A program made the position numbers and the translations under genes. Shown one piece after another: positions 63,901 to 64,000 of a DNA stretch of 64,000 nt. Positions within the stretch are counted from its first letter, which is position 1. The number at the start of each line of letters is the position of its first letter. Origin of the DNA: Geosiphon pyriformis uo1 (taxonomy: Eukaryota > Fungi > Glomeromycota); assembly GCA_016748015.1 (NCBI GenBank), contig JAAOMT010000617.1, forward strand, positions 752,635 to 816,634, read 5' to 3'. The notes under the pieces were generated by a model. That model saw only the letters and a program-made list of their open reading frames with translations. It searched no databases and was not told the DNA's origin.

Positions 63901-64000
63901 TTTTGTTATATTTTTGGGTTAAAATGTTTTTAGATTTGTTTCATTTGTAACAAACTGTCAGCATTTCTGTTTTCTTTTCTTTTTTTATAATGTATTGTAT
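60966..64000 (-). mobile_element. Family B element B4: 3' LTR (60966-61812), ORF3, integrase, RNase H end; continues off the window
   Basis: TGTTACAG..AGTAACA termini; ORFs 62892..63287 and 63333..63515 closely match the B2 integrase. Confidence 0.92.

Overview
Very AT-rich eukaryotic DNA made almost entirely of nested, decayed transposable elements; I find no host gene, RNA gene or CRISPR array. The protein fragments resemble TE proteins I recall from Glomeromycotina fungi, possibly Geosiphon pyriformis, but I have not verified this. Contents: (i) Ty3/Gypsy family A, with two full-length copies at 20008-27849 and 33153-51127 plus fragments; (ii) Ty3/Gypsy family B, which carries a dUTPase, with full-length copies at 14892-54445 and 40952-51098, two solo LTRs and fragments; (iii) a hAT DNA transposon (30934-51988); (iv) APE-RT-RNaseH LINEs and an ORF1-only non-LTR element. 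Target-site duplications reconstruct a five-level nest: LINE > B1 > hAT > A2 > B2. All elements are riddled with C>T/G>A transitions in many sequence contexts. The most unusual feature is the shared architecture of the two LTR families. Integrase appears to be a separate ORF with its own Met after RT-RNaseH stops, followed by a homologous ~210-220 aa accessory ORF preceded by a TATA-like box. Both families also share a conserved pre-PPT cis motif, and family B has a covarying U5 hairpin containing an anti-PBS sequence. Boundaries with TSDs were read base by base; others are approximate.
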